Positions 50,095-59,856 of a stretch of 64,000 bases of DNA are shown one piece after another. The stretch spans positions 256,001 to 320,000 of the forward strand of contig CBDFJR010000005.1 in the NCBI GenBank assembly GCA_965248535.1, in the 5' to 3' direction. The notes beneath the pieces were generated by a model that made no database searches, was not told the DNA's origin, and was given only the letters and a program-made list of their open reading frames with translations. The DNA comes from Phormidesmis sp. (GTDB lineage Bacteria > Cyanobacteriota > Cyanobacteriia > Leptolyngbyales > Leptolyngbyaceae). Each line of letters opens with the position of its first letter. The stretch's first letter is position 1. The position numbers and the translations under genes were made by a program.

Positions 50095-51198
50095 ATGCCA
50101 CTGCCTAACCCGATCGCCCAATATAAATCTCTGCATCTCAAAGAGACGTGGCTGGCGGTTGGGCTGTTTGGGGCGGTTGCAGGGCTAGAGTTTGCTACCC
50201 CATCAGACTATGTGTTTGGTTATTTATATATCGGCCCGATTTTGATCGCCAACGCTCGTTTTGGCCGAGCCGCCACCCTGCAAACGACGCTGATCGCCTG
50301 CCTGCTCACGCTTTTAAACGTTTGGGTGCCCAGTAGTGATGGAGTGCAGCCTTCTATGATTGCCGATCGCTTGATCGTGATTTTGGCGCTGCTGGTGACG
50401 GGGGTTCTCAGCGATCGTAACCGTCTCTATCAAGAAAAATTTCTTCAGCAGCAAACCAAACTTCAGACTCAAGAAAAAATTGCCAGCGTTCGAGAAGATT
50501 TTGCGTCTACTTTAACCCACGATCTCAAAACGCCTTTGCTGGGCGCGATCGAGACTTTAAACGCGCTTCAGCGTGAAGATTTTGGTCAGGTGTCGCCGAT
50601 TCAACAAAGCGTTTTAGCCACCATGACCCGCAGCCACCAAACCAGTTTGCAGCTAGTCGAAACACTGTTAGATATCTATCGCAACGACACCGAAGGGTTA
50701 ACCCTGCAACTGGCCCCGATCGATCTAGTCAAAATTGCCGGAGACGTGGTATCGACGTTAATGACGCTGGCCTCTAGTCGCCGCGTGCATATTTCCTTTA
50801 GCTACGGCACCTCTGACTTTCGCAAGTTTCTCTGGGTAGAGGGCGATCCGTTTCAGCTTCAGCGCGTCTTTGCCAATCTGTTGACCAACGCGATTAACCA
50901 CTCGCCGCGAGGAGGCAAGATAGAAGTGGTTTTAGACGCAGGCCCGTCTTATCAAACCGTCAAAATCATTGATGTCGGAGCCGGGATCACTCCTGAAGAA
51001 TTGCCCTATTTGTTTGAGCGATTTTATCAAGGGTGCAGCGATCGTCAAGCTAGAGGCTCTGGGCTAGGGTTATATCTAACTCGCCAAATTATCGACGCAC
51101 ACGGCGGTACAATCTGGGCAGAGAACTACGTTCCTCACGGGGCTATGTTTGCGTTTCGTCTCCCTGTTTTGCCGTTTCAACCGTCTGCGTTTAACTGA
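50095..51198 (+). CDS. Membrane sensor histidine kinase, divergent from kdpA
   Basis: N-terminal TM helices; THDLKTPL H-box, NLLTNAINHS, DVGAGI and GSGLGL motifs. Confidence 0.93.
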   Translation: MPLPNPIAQYKSLHLKETWLAVGLFGAVAGLEFATPSDYVFGYLYIGPILIANARFGRAATLQTTLIACLLTLLNVWVPSSDGVQPSMIADRLIVILALLVTGVLSDRNRLYQEKFLQQQTKLQTQEKIASVREDFASTLTHDLKTPLLGAIETLNALQREDFGQVSPIQQSVLATMTRSHQTSLQLVETLLDIYRNDTEGLTLQLAPIDLVKIAGDVVSTLMTLASSRRVHISFSYGTSDFRKFLWVEGDPFQLQRVFANLLTNAINHSPRGGKIEVVLDAGPSYQTVKIIDVGAGITPEELPYLFERFYQGCSDRQARGSGLGLYLTRQIIDAHGGTIWAENYVPHGAMFAFRLPVLPFQPSAFN

Positions 51199-51199
51199 A

Positions 51200-51892
51200 A
51201 TGCCCTCTGATCCCTTACGAATTCTTTTAGCCGAAGACGACGAACTCTTTCGGCTCGGTTTAAGAATGTGTCTGCAACAAGAGCCAGGGCTAGAAATCGT
51301 CGCAGAAGCAGAAGATGGTGAAACGACCGTAGAGTTGGCCAAACAGCATCAAGTCGATATTGTGTTATTGGACATTGGCTTACCCGGCATTGGCGGCGTT
51401 GAGGCGTGTCGTCAGATCAAACAGCAGCAGCCGGATCTATCAATTTTGGTGTTGACTTCTCGCACTCAAAAATCTTTGATTCATCGGTTGATCGAGGCGG
51501 GCGCGCAGGGCTATTGTCTCAAAGGCATTGATTCTAAAACCCTGATTTTAGCGATTCGCTCTGTCGCGGCGGGCGCTTCTTGGTGGGATTCCACCGCTAC
51601 TAGTGAGATTCGAGGTCTGTTTGAAAATAGTCCGGCTACGATCGCCGAACCCCTAATTCCTACCTCCACAAACCCGCTCACCCGTCGCGAACAAGAAATT
51701 CTGGCTCTCGTCGCCTCTGGCAAAACCAATCAAGAGATTGCTGAAATGCTCTACATTGCGCCAGGCACGGTTAGAGTTCACGTCCATGCGATTTTGCACA
51801 AGCTGAAGGTGCCCGATCGGACTCAGGCCGCGATTTTTGCGATTCAAAAAAAATTAGTGGCCAACGATTTGCTGTCAGATCCTCAATGCTAG
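51200..51892 (+). CDS. NarL/LuxR family response regulator
   Basis: AEDD and LLDIGLP receiver; LTRREQEIL..GKTNQEIA..TVRVHV HTH; start ATG 51200. Confidence 0.94.
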   Translation: MPSDPLRILLAEDDELFRLGLRMCLQQEPGLEIVAEAEDGETTVELAKQHQVDIVLLDIGLPGIGGVEACRQIKQQQPDLSILVLTSRTQKSLIHRLIEAGAQGYCLKGIDSKTLILAIRSVAAGASWWDSTATSEIRGLFENSPATIAEPLIPTSTNPLTRREQEILALVASGKTNQEIAEMLYIAPGTVRVHVHAILHKLKVPDRTQAAIFAIQKKLVANDLLSDPQC

Positions 51893-51967
51893 AGCGAATG
51901 GAAGGGATTGAGGCGGCGATCGCTGACCCAATCCCGCTAGCATAACGACAGCGTTAGGAAATAAACC

Positions 51968-53413
51968 GTGATCAGTCTCCCTCAAAAAACCTCTTGGGCA
52001 AAGGCGATATTGCACACTGCAAAAGGGTTTGAGCGGTCTCCCCTCCCGGTGTTGTCGGGGGCAATTCCGTCCGGCTTGCGAGGGTCGCTCTACCGCAACG
52101 GCCCCGGACGGCTAGAGCGGGGCAAACAGCGCGTTGGGCACTGGTTTGATGGCGATGGCGCGATTCTCGGCGTTCATTTCACCCAAACTGGGGCAACGGG
52201 CGTTTATCGCTATGTGCAATCTGCCGAATATCAAGCCGAAGAACAGGCGGGGCGGTTCATCTATGGGGGCTATGGCATGAACCCACCAGGAGCCTTTTGG
52301 GAGCGATTTAAGCCCACCAAAAATGCGGGAAACACCTCCGTGTTGGCGGTGCCTGATGTCTCTGGCAGTCCCGGTATTGGTCGGCTCCTGGCCCTTTGGG
52401 AGGGCGGACATCCTTATGCGCTGGATCTAGAGACTTTAGAAACTCGCGGGCTGGACGATTTAAACGGGTTGCCTAAGTCGCTGCCGTTTTCTGCCCACCC
52501 CAAACGCGACGCGCAAACGGGCGATGTCTATAATTTTGGGGTGAGGTTTGGCAAAAAGGCCATCTTGAATGTCTATCGTCTTGATGCTCAGGGCACCCTC
52601 CAGCAGAAAAACAGCGTTGAGCTAGACGGGGCACCTTTGATTCATGATTTTGTGATGGCGGGGCGCTATCTGATCTTCTTCATTCCGCCCGTGCGCCTGA
52701 ACGTTTTGCCGCTGCTGCTCAAGCTCAAAAGTTTTAGTGACTCATTTCACTGGAAGCCAGAGCAGGGAACGCAGATTTTAGTCTTCGATCGTGACTCTTT
52801 AGCCCTAGTCAGCCGAGGTGAAACCCAACCCTGGTATCAGTGGCATTTTGGCAATGGGTTTATCAATGCTGACGGAGATGCAGTGATTGATGTGCTTCGA
52901 TACGAAAACTTCAACACTAATCAATATCTCAAAGAAGTTTCAACAGGCATAACTCACACATCAGTTAAGTCAACGCTGTGGCAAATTCGATTAAATCCTC
53001 TGACGGGTGACGTGATCGAGATGGTTGAATTGCTCGATCGCTCCGCTGAGTTTCCCGTTGTCAAGCCTCAAGAGGTCGGCCAGTTCAATCGCACCACTTA
53101 TTTATTGCTTCACCGTCGCGGCGTTGACTCTAGTCAAGACTTTTTTGGCTCGATCGCTCAATTTGACCAAAAAACCGGAACTCTAACGGAAGCGGATCTG
53201 GGTGAAAATCGATATCCAATGGAGCCAATTTATGTCTCTGATGCTGAGAACCCCGATCAAGGCTGGATTGTGACGATCGTCTATGACGGCACCCTCGATC
53301 GCAGTGAAGTCTGGATATTCGACAGCGATCGCTTAGACGATCAGCCAGTGTGTCGTTTAGCATTACCCGAAGTGATTCCCTTAGGGTTTCACGGCACCTG
53401 GAATTCGGCTTAA
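51968..53413 (+). CDS. Carotenoid cleavage oxygenase (RPE65 family)
   Basis: LYRNGPG, HWFDGDG, SAHPK, IHDF, WHF and GFHGTW motifs (four Fe-binding His). Confidence 0.94.
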   Translation: MISLPQKTSWAKAILHTAKGFERSPLPVLSGAIPSGLRGSLYRNGPGRLERGKQRVGHWFDGDGAILGVHFTQTGATGVYRYVQSAEYQAEEQAGRFIYGGYGMNPPGAFWERFKPTKNAGNTSVLAVPDVSGSPGIGRLLALWEGGHPYALDLETLETRGLDDLNGLPKSLPFSAHPKRDAQTGDVYNFGVRFGKKAILNVYRLDAQGTLQQKNSVELDGAPLIHDFVMAGRYLIFFIPPVRLNVLPLLLKLKSFSDSFHWKPEQGTQILVFDRDSLALVSRGETQPWYQWHFGNGFINADGDAVIDVLRYENFNTNQYLKEVSTGITHTSVKSTLWQIRLNPLTGDVIEMVELLDRSAEFPVVKPQEVGQFNRTTYLLLHRRGVDSSQDFFGSIAQFDQKTGTLTEADLGENRYPMEPIYVSDAENPDQGWIVTIVYDGTLDRSEVWIFDSDRLDDQPVCRLALPEVIPLGFHGTWNSA

Positions 53414-53778
53414 TCTTTTTGCTCAACATACACGGTCACAGCAGCGATCGCGATCAGCATCTCGTCATTTTTGTCGTTAAACTCCGCGATCGCTCGCCCC
53501 TGCACCACCATGCCACCCGTTTCAACCGTGAGGGTTTTGCGTCCAAAGGGCAACACCGCCAACACTTCAGCCTCTCGGACTTTTTCGGGGTAGGGCACGG
53601 CTACCTGCACCTCGACAATCATCTGATCGGGGTGATCTAACCCTGCAACTTCCCAGATGCCAGGAAGCGCATTGTGAGCGATCGCGTTTCTAACCGCACG
53701 AGCCGCCGCAACCGTGGGTTCTTGCCCATGTTGATCGATTCCCATTCCCATCTCAATGATGAAGCGTTTTCGAGCCAC
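53410..53778 (-). CDS. Lin0512 family protein
   Basis: RFIIEMGMGIDQHGQ.PTVAAARAV and VLPFG motifs; probable GTG start 53778. Confidence 0.85.
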   Translation of the reverse strand: MARKRFIIEMGMGIDQHGQEPTVAAARAVRNAIAHNALPGIWEVAGLDHPDQMIVEVQVAVPYPEKVREAEVLAVLPFGRKTLTVETGGMVVQGRAIAEFNDKNDEMLIAIAAVTVYVEQKD

Positions 53779-53827
53779 AGATTTTTGTCCCAAACGTGAG
53801 TGATTTGACCATCCTACAGGAGTGCCA

Positions 53828-54358
53828 TCAAGCAAATAGCGCTTTGACAGAAACGCTGAATCCTAGCAAAACGGCTTGAGTGGTGGCGGTCTCTGCGGCT
53901 GAAAACACCCACCACTTCTCTAACGTCACAATCATCACAAGCAGCGTTTCAGGAAACAACAGCCAAACTTCTTGACTGCCGGATTGCAAATATTCTCGCG
54001 CTTTGGCAAACAACGCCTCAGCGCTGTCGTCAGGCGATGCTACTTCCGCAACCAAGGGAAAGCTCTGGGGAAAGATAGCAGGTTCTCCAAATTGCTGAAT
54101 CAATTCAGCCGTTAAATAAGCCACATCAGGGCGACGCTTTTGTTTTCCGGTCTGGCAAGTGACTTCTGTGTAGGCTTTTCCTCCTGTCCCACTAGCGAGG
54201 CTGTAGCTTCTCCATTCTGCTGCCAGACTCGCTTGCGCCGAACCGTGTTTGAGAGTCATTCCCGTTTTTTCGATCAGGGTTCCATCGACAGATTCCATGC
54301 CTTCGGGCAGGTCGATTCCTAGGTCTGGCGAAGGGGCGAGGGCAGTAGATACAGTCAC
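53828..54358 (-). CDS. Uma2 (DUF820) family putative endonuclease
   Basis: RRPDVAY, PLVAEVASP and KAREYLQSGSQEVWL motifs. Confidence 0.9.
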   Translation of the reverse strand: MTVSTALAPSPDLGIDLPEGMESVDGTLIEKTGMTLKHGSAQASLAAEWRSYSLASGTGGKAYTEVTCQTGKQKRRPDVAYLTAELIQQFGEPAIFPQSFPLVAEVASPDDSAEALFAKAREYLQSGSQEVWLLFPETLLVMIVTLEKWWVFSAAETATTQAVLLGFSVSVKALFA

Positions 54359-54467
54359 GATGGGATCTACCTTTCTGAAGGTGCCCCTCTATTATGGATG
54401 CAGACAGGAACCCACAAACAGAAACTCGTTAGGGTAGAATCTATAGACTTTAAGATTTGTCACAGGT

Positions 54468-55229
54468 ATGGTTTTGTCACGATCTTCTGCCCATTTGCTA
54501 GTCTCTCATGGGAGTCGAGATCCGCGTCCGCAAGGGGCGATCGCTCAATTGGCTCGACGAGTGCAGGACAAAATGCAATCCGATCAGCCGTCAGCTTTAG
54601 TCGAGGCGGCTGTTTTAGAATGTGCTCCGCAGCCGCTCCATGAGCAGATTCAGCAGTTTAGTCAAACGGCGATCGCCCACGGCCTTCGTCACCTTCAAAT
54701 CGTGCCGCTGTTTCTGATTCCGGGCGTTCACGTCATGGAAGACATTCCCCAACAGGTGAAAATTGCTCAACAAACTTTGGGCGAAACGGTCACGATCGCT
54801 CTGTCTCCTCACCTAGGCACCCATCCCGGTTTAGAAAAACTTTTGGCGAATCGTCTGGCTCAATACACTGCCGATGCTTATATTTTGATGTCTCACGGCA
54901 GTCGGCGATCGGGCGGCAACCAGCCTGTTGAGTCGTTAGCCTCCAAGCTAGGCGCAGTGTCGGCCTATTGGTCAGTCGCACCCAAGCTAGAGACCCGTCT
55001 GCAAGAGTTGGTGCAGTCTGGATGTCAGAATGTTGTGATTTTGCCCTATTTCTTATTTGCTGGCGGCATCACAGACACGATCGCTCAAACCGTCGAGCAC
55101 TTGTCTCAGCAGTTTCCATTGACGCTTAACCTGGCAAACCCGTTAGAAGTCAGTGACGACCTAGCGCAATTGATTCTAGATTTAAGTCTGTCGTCACCTC
55201 AAGCGGCGATCGCAAATCTGTTGGCGTAG
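54468..55229 (+). CDS. Sirohydrochlorin chelatase (SirB/CbiX family)
   Basis: Two HGSR domains, PLFLIPGVHVMEDIP and PYFLFAG; no His-rich or MxCxxC tail, suggesting SirB type. Confidence 0.88.
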   Translation: MVLSRSSAHLLVSHGSRDPRPQGAIAQLARRVQDKMQSDQPSALVEAAVLECAPQPLHEQIQQFSQTAIAHGLRHLQIVPLFLIPGVHVMEDIPQQVKIAQQTLGETVTIALSPHLGTHPGLEKLLANRLAQYTADAYILMSHGSRRSGGNQPVESLASKLGAVSAYWSVAPKLETRLQELVQSGCQNVVILPYFLFAGGITDTIAQTVEHLSQQFPLTLNLANPLEVSDDLAQLILDLSLSSPQAAIANLLA

Positions 55230-55329
55230 TTATTTTCTTTTCATTGGTATCTGAGACTGCAATTTTTAAGCCGCTAACTGTCTAGCGTTAATGATAGTAT
55301 TCACCAACTTAATTCTCTAACTGCCTTAA

Positions 55330-56139
55330 TTGATGACTCTTAACTCTGATGTCGCGGCCATGTCTAATCAGCTAAAGTGTTTGGGCAAAGTGTATCTGGT
55401 GGGCGCAGGGCCCGGCGATCCGGGGTTGATGACGCTCAAGGGCAAAACCTTGCTAGAGTGTGCCGATGTCGTGGTTTATGACGCTCTGGTGAGTGCTCCG
55501 ATTTTAGGCATGATTAATCCCAACGCCGAGCAAATCAGCGCCGGCAAACGGCGCGGCCGACACTCAATGGGGCAAGAAGAGATTACGCAAGTGTTGATCG
55601 ATAAGGCTCACACTGCGGCGATCGTGGTGCGTCTTAAAGGCGGCGATCCTTTCGTATTTGGTCGGGGCGGCGAAGAGATGCAAGACCTAGTAAAAGCTGG
55701 GGTGCCTGTTGAGGTGATTCCGGGCGTGACTTCTGGCATTGCAGCTCCTGCCTATGCGGGCATTCCGCTGACTCATCGGGCTTATAGTTCGTCGGTGACG
55801 TTTGTGACGGGGCACGAAGAAGCCGGGAAATATCGCCCTGCGGTGAATTGGTCAGCGATCGCTCAAGGGTCTGAAACGATCGTGATCTATATGGGCATTC
55901 ACAATATGCCCTACATTACCCATCAGCTTCAACAAGCTGGGTTAAGGGCAGACACCCCGATCGCTTTAGTGCGCTGGGGCACTCGACCCGAACAAGAAGA
56001 ATTGATCGGCACCTTGGGCACGATCGCCGCCCAAGTTGAAGCCAAAGGGTTTGGGGCACCCGCGATCGCTGTGATCGGCAATGTGGTTAACTTGCACGAA
56101 ACTCTCTCTAGCTGTCGCCCACAATTCTTGGGTGAATAA
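55330..56139 (+). CDS. cobA: Uroporphyrinogen-III C-methyltransferase
   Basis: VGAGPGDPGL, RLKGGDPFVFGRGGEE, PGVTS and GIPLTHR motifs; exact start uncertain. Confidence 0.95.
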   Translation: MMTLNSDVAAMSNQLKCLGKVYLVGAGPGDPGLMTLKGKTLLECADVVVYDALVSAPILGMINPNAEQISAGKRRGRHSMGQEEITQVLIDKAHTAAIVVRLKGGDPFVFGRGGEEMQDLVKAGVPVEVIPGVTSGIAAPAYAGIPLTHRAYSSSVTFVTGHEEAGKYRPAVNWSAIAQGSETIVIYMGIHNMPYITHQLQQAGLRADTPIALVRWGTRPEQEELIGTLGTIAAQVEAKGFGAPAIAVIGNVVNLHETLSSCRPQFLGE

Positions 56140-56201
56140 AGTTCTCTGACCTTGCTAGCTCCCACTATCATTAAACTAGAAAGGGCTTTTGATGGGTCAG
56201 T

Positions 56202-56624
56202 ATGTCTGCTAAAGATGCGTTTCATGAAGTCGTCAAAAAAGCATTGCAAAAAGACGGCTGGAAGATTACCCACGATCCCCTTTCAGTGCAAGTGGGCACG
56301 GTTGAAATGTATGTTGACTTAGGCGCAGAAAAGCTTATCGCCGCCGAACGAGAAGGTGAGAAAATTGCAGTTGAAATTAAGAGCTTTTCAGAGCGATCGT
56401 CTGCAATTTCAGCATTTCACACAGCATTAGGACAATTTATTAATTACCGAGCAGCATTGAAGCAAACAGAACCCGATCGAGTTTTGTATTTAGCGGTGCC
56501 GATCGTAGCCTATAAGACTTTTTTCCAGCTTGAGTTTCCCAAAATGATGATTGAGGAAAACAGAGTCAAAATGATTATGTACGATACGAAACGCGAGGTC
56601 ATTGCAGAATGGAAGAGAAACTAG
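56202..56624 (+). CDS. xisH: XisH family protein
   Basis: AKDAFHEVVKKALQKDGWKITHDP, DLGAEKLIAAE, AVEIKSF and ALGQFINYR motifs. Confidence 0.95.
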   Translation: MSAKDAFHEVVKKALQKDGWKITHDPLSVQVGTVEMYVDLGAEKLIAAEREGEKIAVEIKSFSERSSAISAFHTALGQFINYRAALKQTEPDRVLYLAVPIVAYKTFFQLEFPKMMIEENRVKMIMYDTKREVIAEWKRN

Positions 56625-56947
56625 CGCGATATCGGCAGATTGTGCAGCAAACGCTTCTAGACTATGCCAAAGTAAAACCCTCTTATGGTGACGTTGAGGT
56701 AGAAACAATTTTTGACACCGAACGTGACCATTATCAAATTGTGCACGTCGGTTGGAATGACGATCGCTTAATTCACGCCTGTACAATTCATCTCGATATC
56801 AAAGGCGGCAAAATCTGGCTCCAGTGGAATAGCACCGAACGAGAAGTTGCAGAAGACTTGGTAGAGGCTGGAGTGCCCAAAGAAGATATCGTGCTGGGAT
56901 TTCAAGCACCGTTCATGCGGCAGTTTACTGACTATGCAGTAGGTTAA
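56609..56947 (+). CDS. xisI: XisI family protein
   Basis: FDTERDHYQ..VGW, IHLDIKGGKIW and GVPKEDIVLGF motifs; overlaps xisH. Confidence 0.95.
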   Translation: MEEKLARYRQIVQQTLLDYAKVKPSYGDVEVETIFDTERDHYQIVHVGWNDDRLIHACTIHLDIKGGKIWLQWNSTEREVAEDLVEAGVPKEDIVLGFQAPFMRQFTDYAVG

Positions 56948-56977
56948 AAAAGTTCTCTAAGATCGCCATCCATCACC

Positions 56978-57462
56978 ATGAAAATCAGACAAGCTACTCC
57001 ACAAAACGCCTCTGAAATCATGAAGCTGTTCTATGAAACTATTCATGCCATTAACATCAGAGACTATTCTCAAGAACAGGTTGATGCCTGGGCACCTAAC
57101 ACAATGACCGTAGATAGGTGGGAAAAGCGACAAGACACGAAAAAACCTTTATTGCTGAAGACAACGGGCAAATTGTTGGCTTTGCAGAACTTGAACCCGA
57201 TGGTCATATCGGTTGTTTTTACACTCACAAAGACTTTCAGGGTCAAGGGGTAGGAATGCAATTATTAGATACGATCGTGACTCAAGCAACTCAAATGCAA
57301 CTCTCTCGCTTATCGGTTGAAGTCAGCATTACCGCCCGTCCCTTTTTTGAACATCGGGGATTTACGATCGTCAAATCTCAAGAAGTTGAGTGTCGCGGAG
57401 TCAAACTTCCAAACTTCGTGATGGAGTATTCTCTTCAGCGCCCTTGCAATATTAGAGAATAG
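56978..57462 (+). pseudogene. GNAT N-acetyltransferase (YafP-like) split by a 1-nt deletion in an A6 run at 57140-57145 (possible sequencing error)
   Basis: Adding one A joins 56978..57253 and 57118..57462 into 161 aa; DYSQEQVDAWA, HKDFQGQGVG and SITARPFFEHRGF motifs. Confidence 0.85.
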
Positions 57463-57490
57463 AGAAGTCGGGTTATTAGGTTGCTAACTA

Positions 57491-58417
57491 TTGTCTTCTC
57501 AAATTGATCTCTCGGTTGAAGAAACCCCCGATCGCCTCGATCGCTATCTGTCCGATCAAGTCACCGATTTGTCGCGATCTCGCCTGCAAAAGCTGATCGA
57601 GCAAGGTCATGTGCAGGTAAATGGCGGCGTTTGCACCTCTAAAAAGTTAGAAGTAAAAGTGGGCGATCGCATTCAAATCGACATTCCCGACGCTCAACCG
57701 TTAGACCTGCAAGCCGAAGACATTCCCCTTGATATTCTCTATGAAGATGACTCGCTGCTGATTCTCAACAAGCCAGCCGGATTGGTCGTGCATCCCTCTG
57801 CTGGGCACGAGACAGGCACGATGGTCAATGCGCTTCTAGCTCACTGTCCGACTCTACCAGGCATCAATGGCGTGCAGCGTCCTGGCATCGTCCATCGATT
57901 GGATAAAGACACCACGGGCGCGATCGCTGTTGCCAAAACCGAGCAAGCCTTTCACCATCTGCAAGAACAGTTCCGCACCAAAACGGCACGACGCGATTAT
58001 CTGGCGATCGTCTACGGCGCACCGCCTCAAGAGAGCGGCACAATAGACCAACCGATCGGACGGCACCCCGTCGAGCGTCAAAAAATGGCCGTTGTATCCG
58101 CAGAAAAAGGACGACGAGCCATCACTCATTGGCATGTCAAGGAACGTTTGGGCAACTACACGCTGATGGAGTTTGAGCTTGAAACAGGACGAACTCACCA
58201 AATTCGAGTCCACAGTGCGTTTATGGGGCACCCGATCGTGGGCGATCAGGTCTACGGCTCTGGGCGCAAATCTATCAACGTCAATCTTCCGGGTCAGGTG
58301 CTCCACGCTTGGCGACTGCGGCTCAAACATCCACTGACTGACGAGTGGGTGGTGGCGATCGCGCCCTTGCCCGCCACCTTCATAAAACTGCTAGACGTGC
58401 TGAAGCGGAGACTGTGA
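57491..58417 (+). CDS. rluD: RluA/RluD family pseudouridine synthase
   Basis: S4 domain; NKPAGLVVHP, GIVHRLDKDTTG and ETGRTHQIRVH motifs. Confidence 0.93.
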   Translation: MSSQIDLSVEETPDRLDRYLSDQVTDLSRSRLQKLIEQGHVQVNGGVCTSKKLEVKVGDRIQIDIPDAQPLDLQAEDIPLDILYEDDSLLILNKPAGLVVHPSAGHETGTMVNALLAHCPTLPGINGVQRPGIVHRLDKDTTGAIAVAKTEQAFHHLQEQFRTKTARRDYLAIVYGAPPQESGTIDQPIGRHPVERQKMAVVSAEKGRRAITHWHVKERLGNYTLMEFELETGRTHQIRVHSAFMGHPIVGDQVYGSGRKSINVNLPGQVLHAWRLRLKHPLTDEWVVAIAPLPATFIKLLDVLKRRL

Positions 58418-58487
58418 CTGAATTCCGGTTCTCGCGATCGCCGTATCCATCAACGTCAGACCCAGCCACGGTTTCAATCTCTCAGGG

Positions 58488-58916
58488 TCAGTTGGCAGGT
58501 TTGAGTTTGGTTAATTTGAGCTTAAAGGTTCCACCGGGCGTTTCGCCAAAGGCTTTAACGCGCACCACATAATTTCCAGATTTAGTAATGCGAGTAAACA
58601 GCAGAGAATTGGTCGTGCCATCCGGGCCGTCATCATTTTCAGCAACGGTTTCACCTTTGGCGGTCATCAACGTGACGATCGTGTCAAACGTGTCGGATGA
58701 AAGGTCGATCGAGACTTGATCACCCGACTGTAGCTGAATGGAATAATCGCGAGCAAAGTTTCCCTGACCCGTGGGAATATCATTTTCTGAGAGTTTATCG
58801 CTGACTTCGCTGCCAGGAGTCAGCAAAATGGGCAGATAAATTTTGTTTTGAGCGATCGCACCTCGATCAACGCCTATTCCTAACGCCATCACTAAACTGA
58901 TCCAAAAACGCTTCAT
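58488..58916 (-). CDS. Exported PPC (pre-peptidase C-terminal) domain protein
   Basis: Signal peptide; GDQVSIDLSS, AENDDG and SGNYVVRV motifs. Confidence 0.82.
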   Translation of the reverse strand: MKRFWISLVMALGIGVDRGAIAQNKIYLPILLTPGSEVSDKLSENDIPTGQGNFARDYSIQLQSGDQVSIDLSSDTFDTIVTLMTAKGETVAENDDGPDGTTNSLLFTRITKSGNYVVRVKAFGETPGGTFKLKLTKLKPAN

Positions 58917-59006
58917 CTCACCCACAACCTAATTTTTAGTGATCTCGATTTAAACAAAAGACGCTCCACCGGAACGTCTCTAGGCAACCCGACCTGACGA
59001 CTGGGT

Positions 59007-59753
59007 TTAGCCTTTGACTTTGGCAAGGGTGGCTTCGAGATCACCCAACTCGACTGAGCCAGAAAACACGTTGCCATTCATCACAAAGAAGGGAGTGCCG
59101 TCAACGCCCAGCTTTTCTGCCATTTTTACATCTTGGGCGATCGCTGCCTCTGCTGCTTTGCCGCCCCGATCTTGATTAAATTTCTGCACATCTAATCCTA
59201 AATTCTTAGCAGTCTCTTGATAAAAAGCATCACTCAACCGCTTTTGTTGGGTAAATAGCGCGTCGTGATAGTCCCAAAATTTGCCTTGTTGCCCTGCTGC
59301 CCAAGCTGCTTTGGCGGCAGGCATCGCCTCAGCGTGAATCGTCGTCAACGGAAAATTCTTATAGACGAGGGTGACCTCATCTGAGTGTTTGGCCATAAAT
59401 TGCTTTAGCGTCGCGTGGGCTGCGCTGCAATAAGGGCACTGAAAATCTGAAAACTCGACCAGCACGACTTTTCCTAATTTTGCGCCCGTCGTCGGAGATT
59501 GACCAATCACCGCTTTGGGGTTGGTCTTCATGTCTTGAATAAACGCCTGCTGTGCGCTTTGCTGCTGGCTCTGCTGTTGCTTTTGATAGTTTCGCACCGA
59601 TTCCAATACGACTTCTGGGTGCTTGCGAATAATCTCTAAAACTTGCTGCTCTAACTGCGGACTAATATTATTGTCTGCTTTCACCGGGGCAGAGCAGCTA
59701 AACAGCGTCCAGCTTAAGAGCAACAATCCGGCTAGTTTTGATACTTGTTTCAT
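59007..59753 (-). CDS. DsbA/thioredoxin-fold disulfide oxidoreductase (exported)
   Basis: EFSDFQCPYC, QGKFW and GVDGTPFF motifs; N-terminal signal with LFSC. Confidence 0.92.
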   Translation of the reverse strand: MKQVSKLAGLLLLSWTLFSCSAPVKADNNISPQLEQQVLEIIRKHPEVVLESVRNYQKQQQSQQQSAQQAFIQDMKTNPKAVIGQSPTTGAKLGKVVLVEFSDFQCPYCSAAHATLKQFMAKHSDEVTLVYKNFPLTTIHAEAMPAAKAAWAAGQQGKFWDYHDALFTQQKRLSDAFYQETAKNLGLDVQKFNQDRGGKAAEAAIAQDVKMAEKLGVDGTPFFVMNGNVFSGSVELGDLEATLAKVKG

Positions 59754-59856
59754 GAGCGATCGTGTCCTAGATTCTTTCACGTTCCCTTTCCCATTTGCCA
59801 AACCTTTCACCAGAAGATTCTAACTTTTAGATCTAACTGCTGCACAAAGTCTGAAG

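Noticed and set aside
56202..56947. fdxN-type excision element
   Set aside because: No recombinase, no interrupted gene and no flanking direct repeats seen
57135..57150. Programmed -1 frameshift in the GNAT gene
   Set aside because: The in-frame heptamer is G_AAA_AAA with no evident downstream stimulator; GNATs of this type are single ORFs, so an indel is more parsimonious
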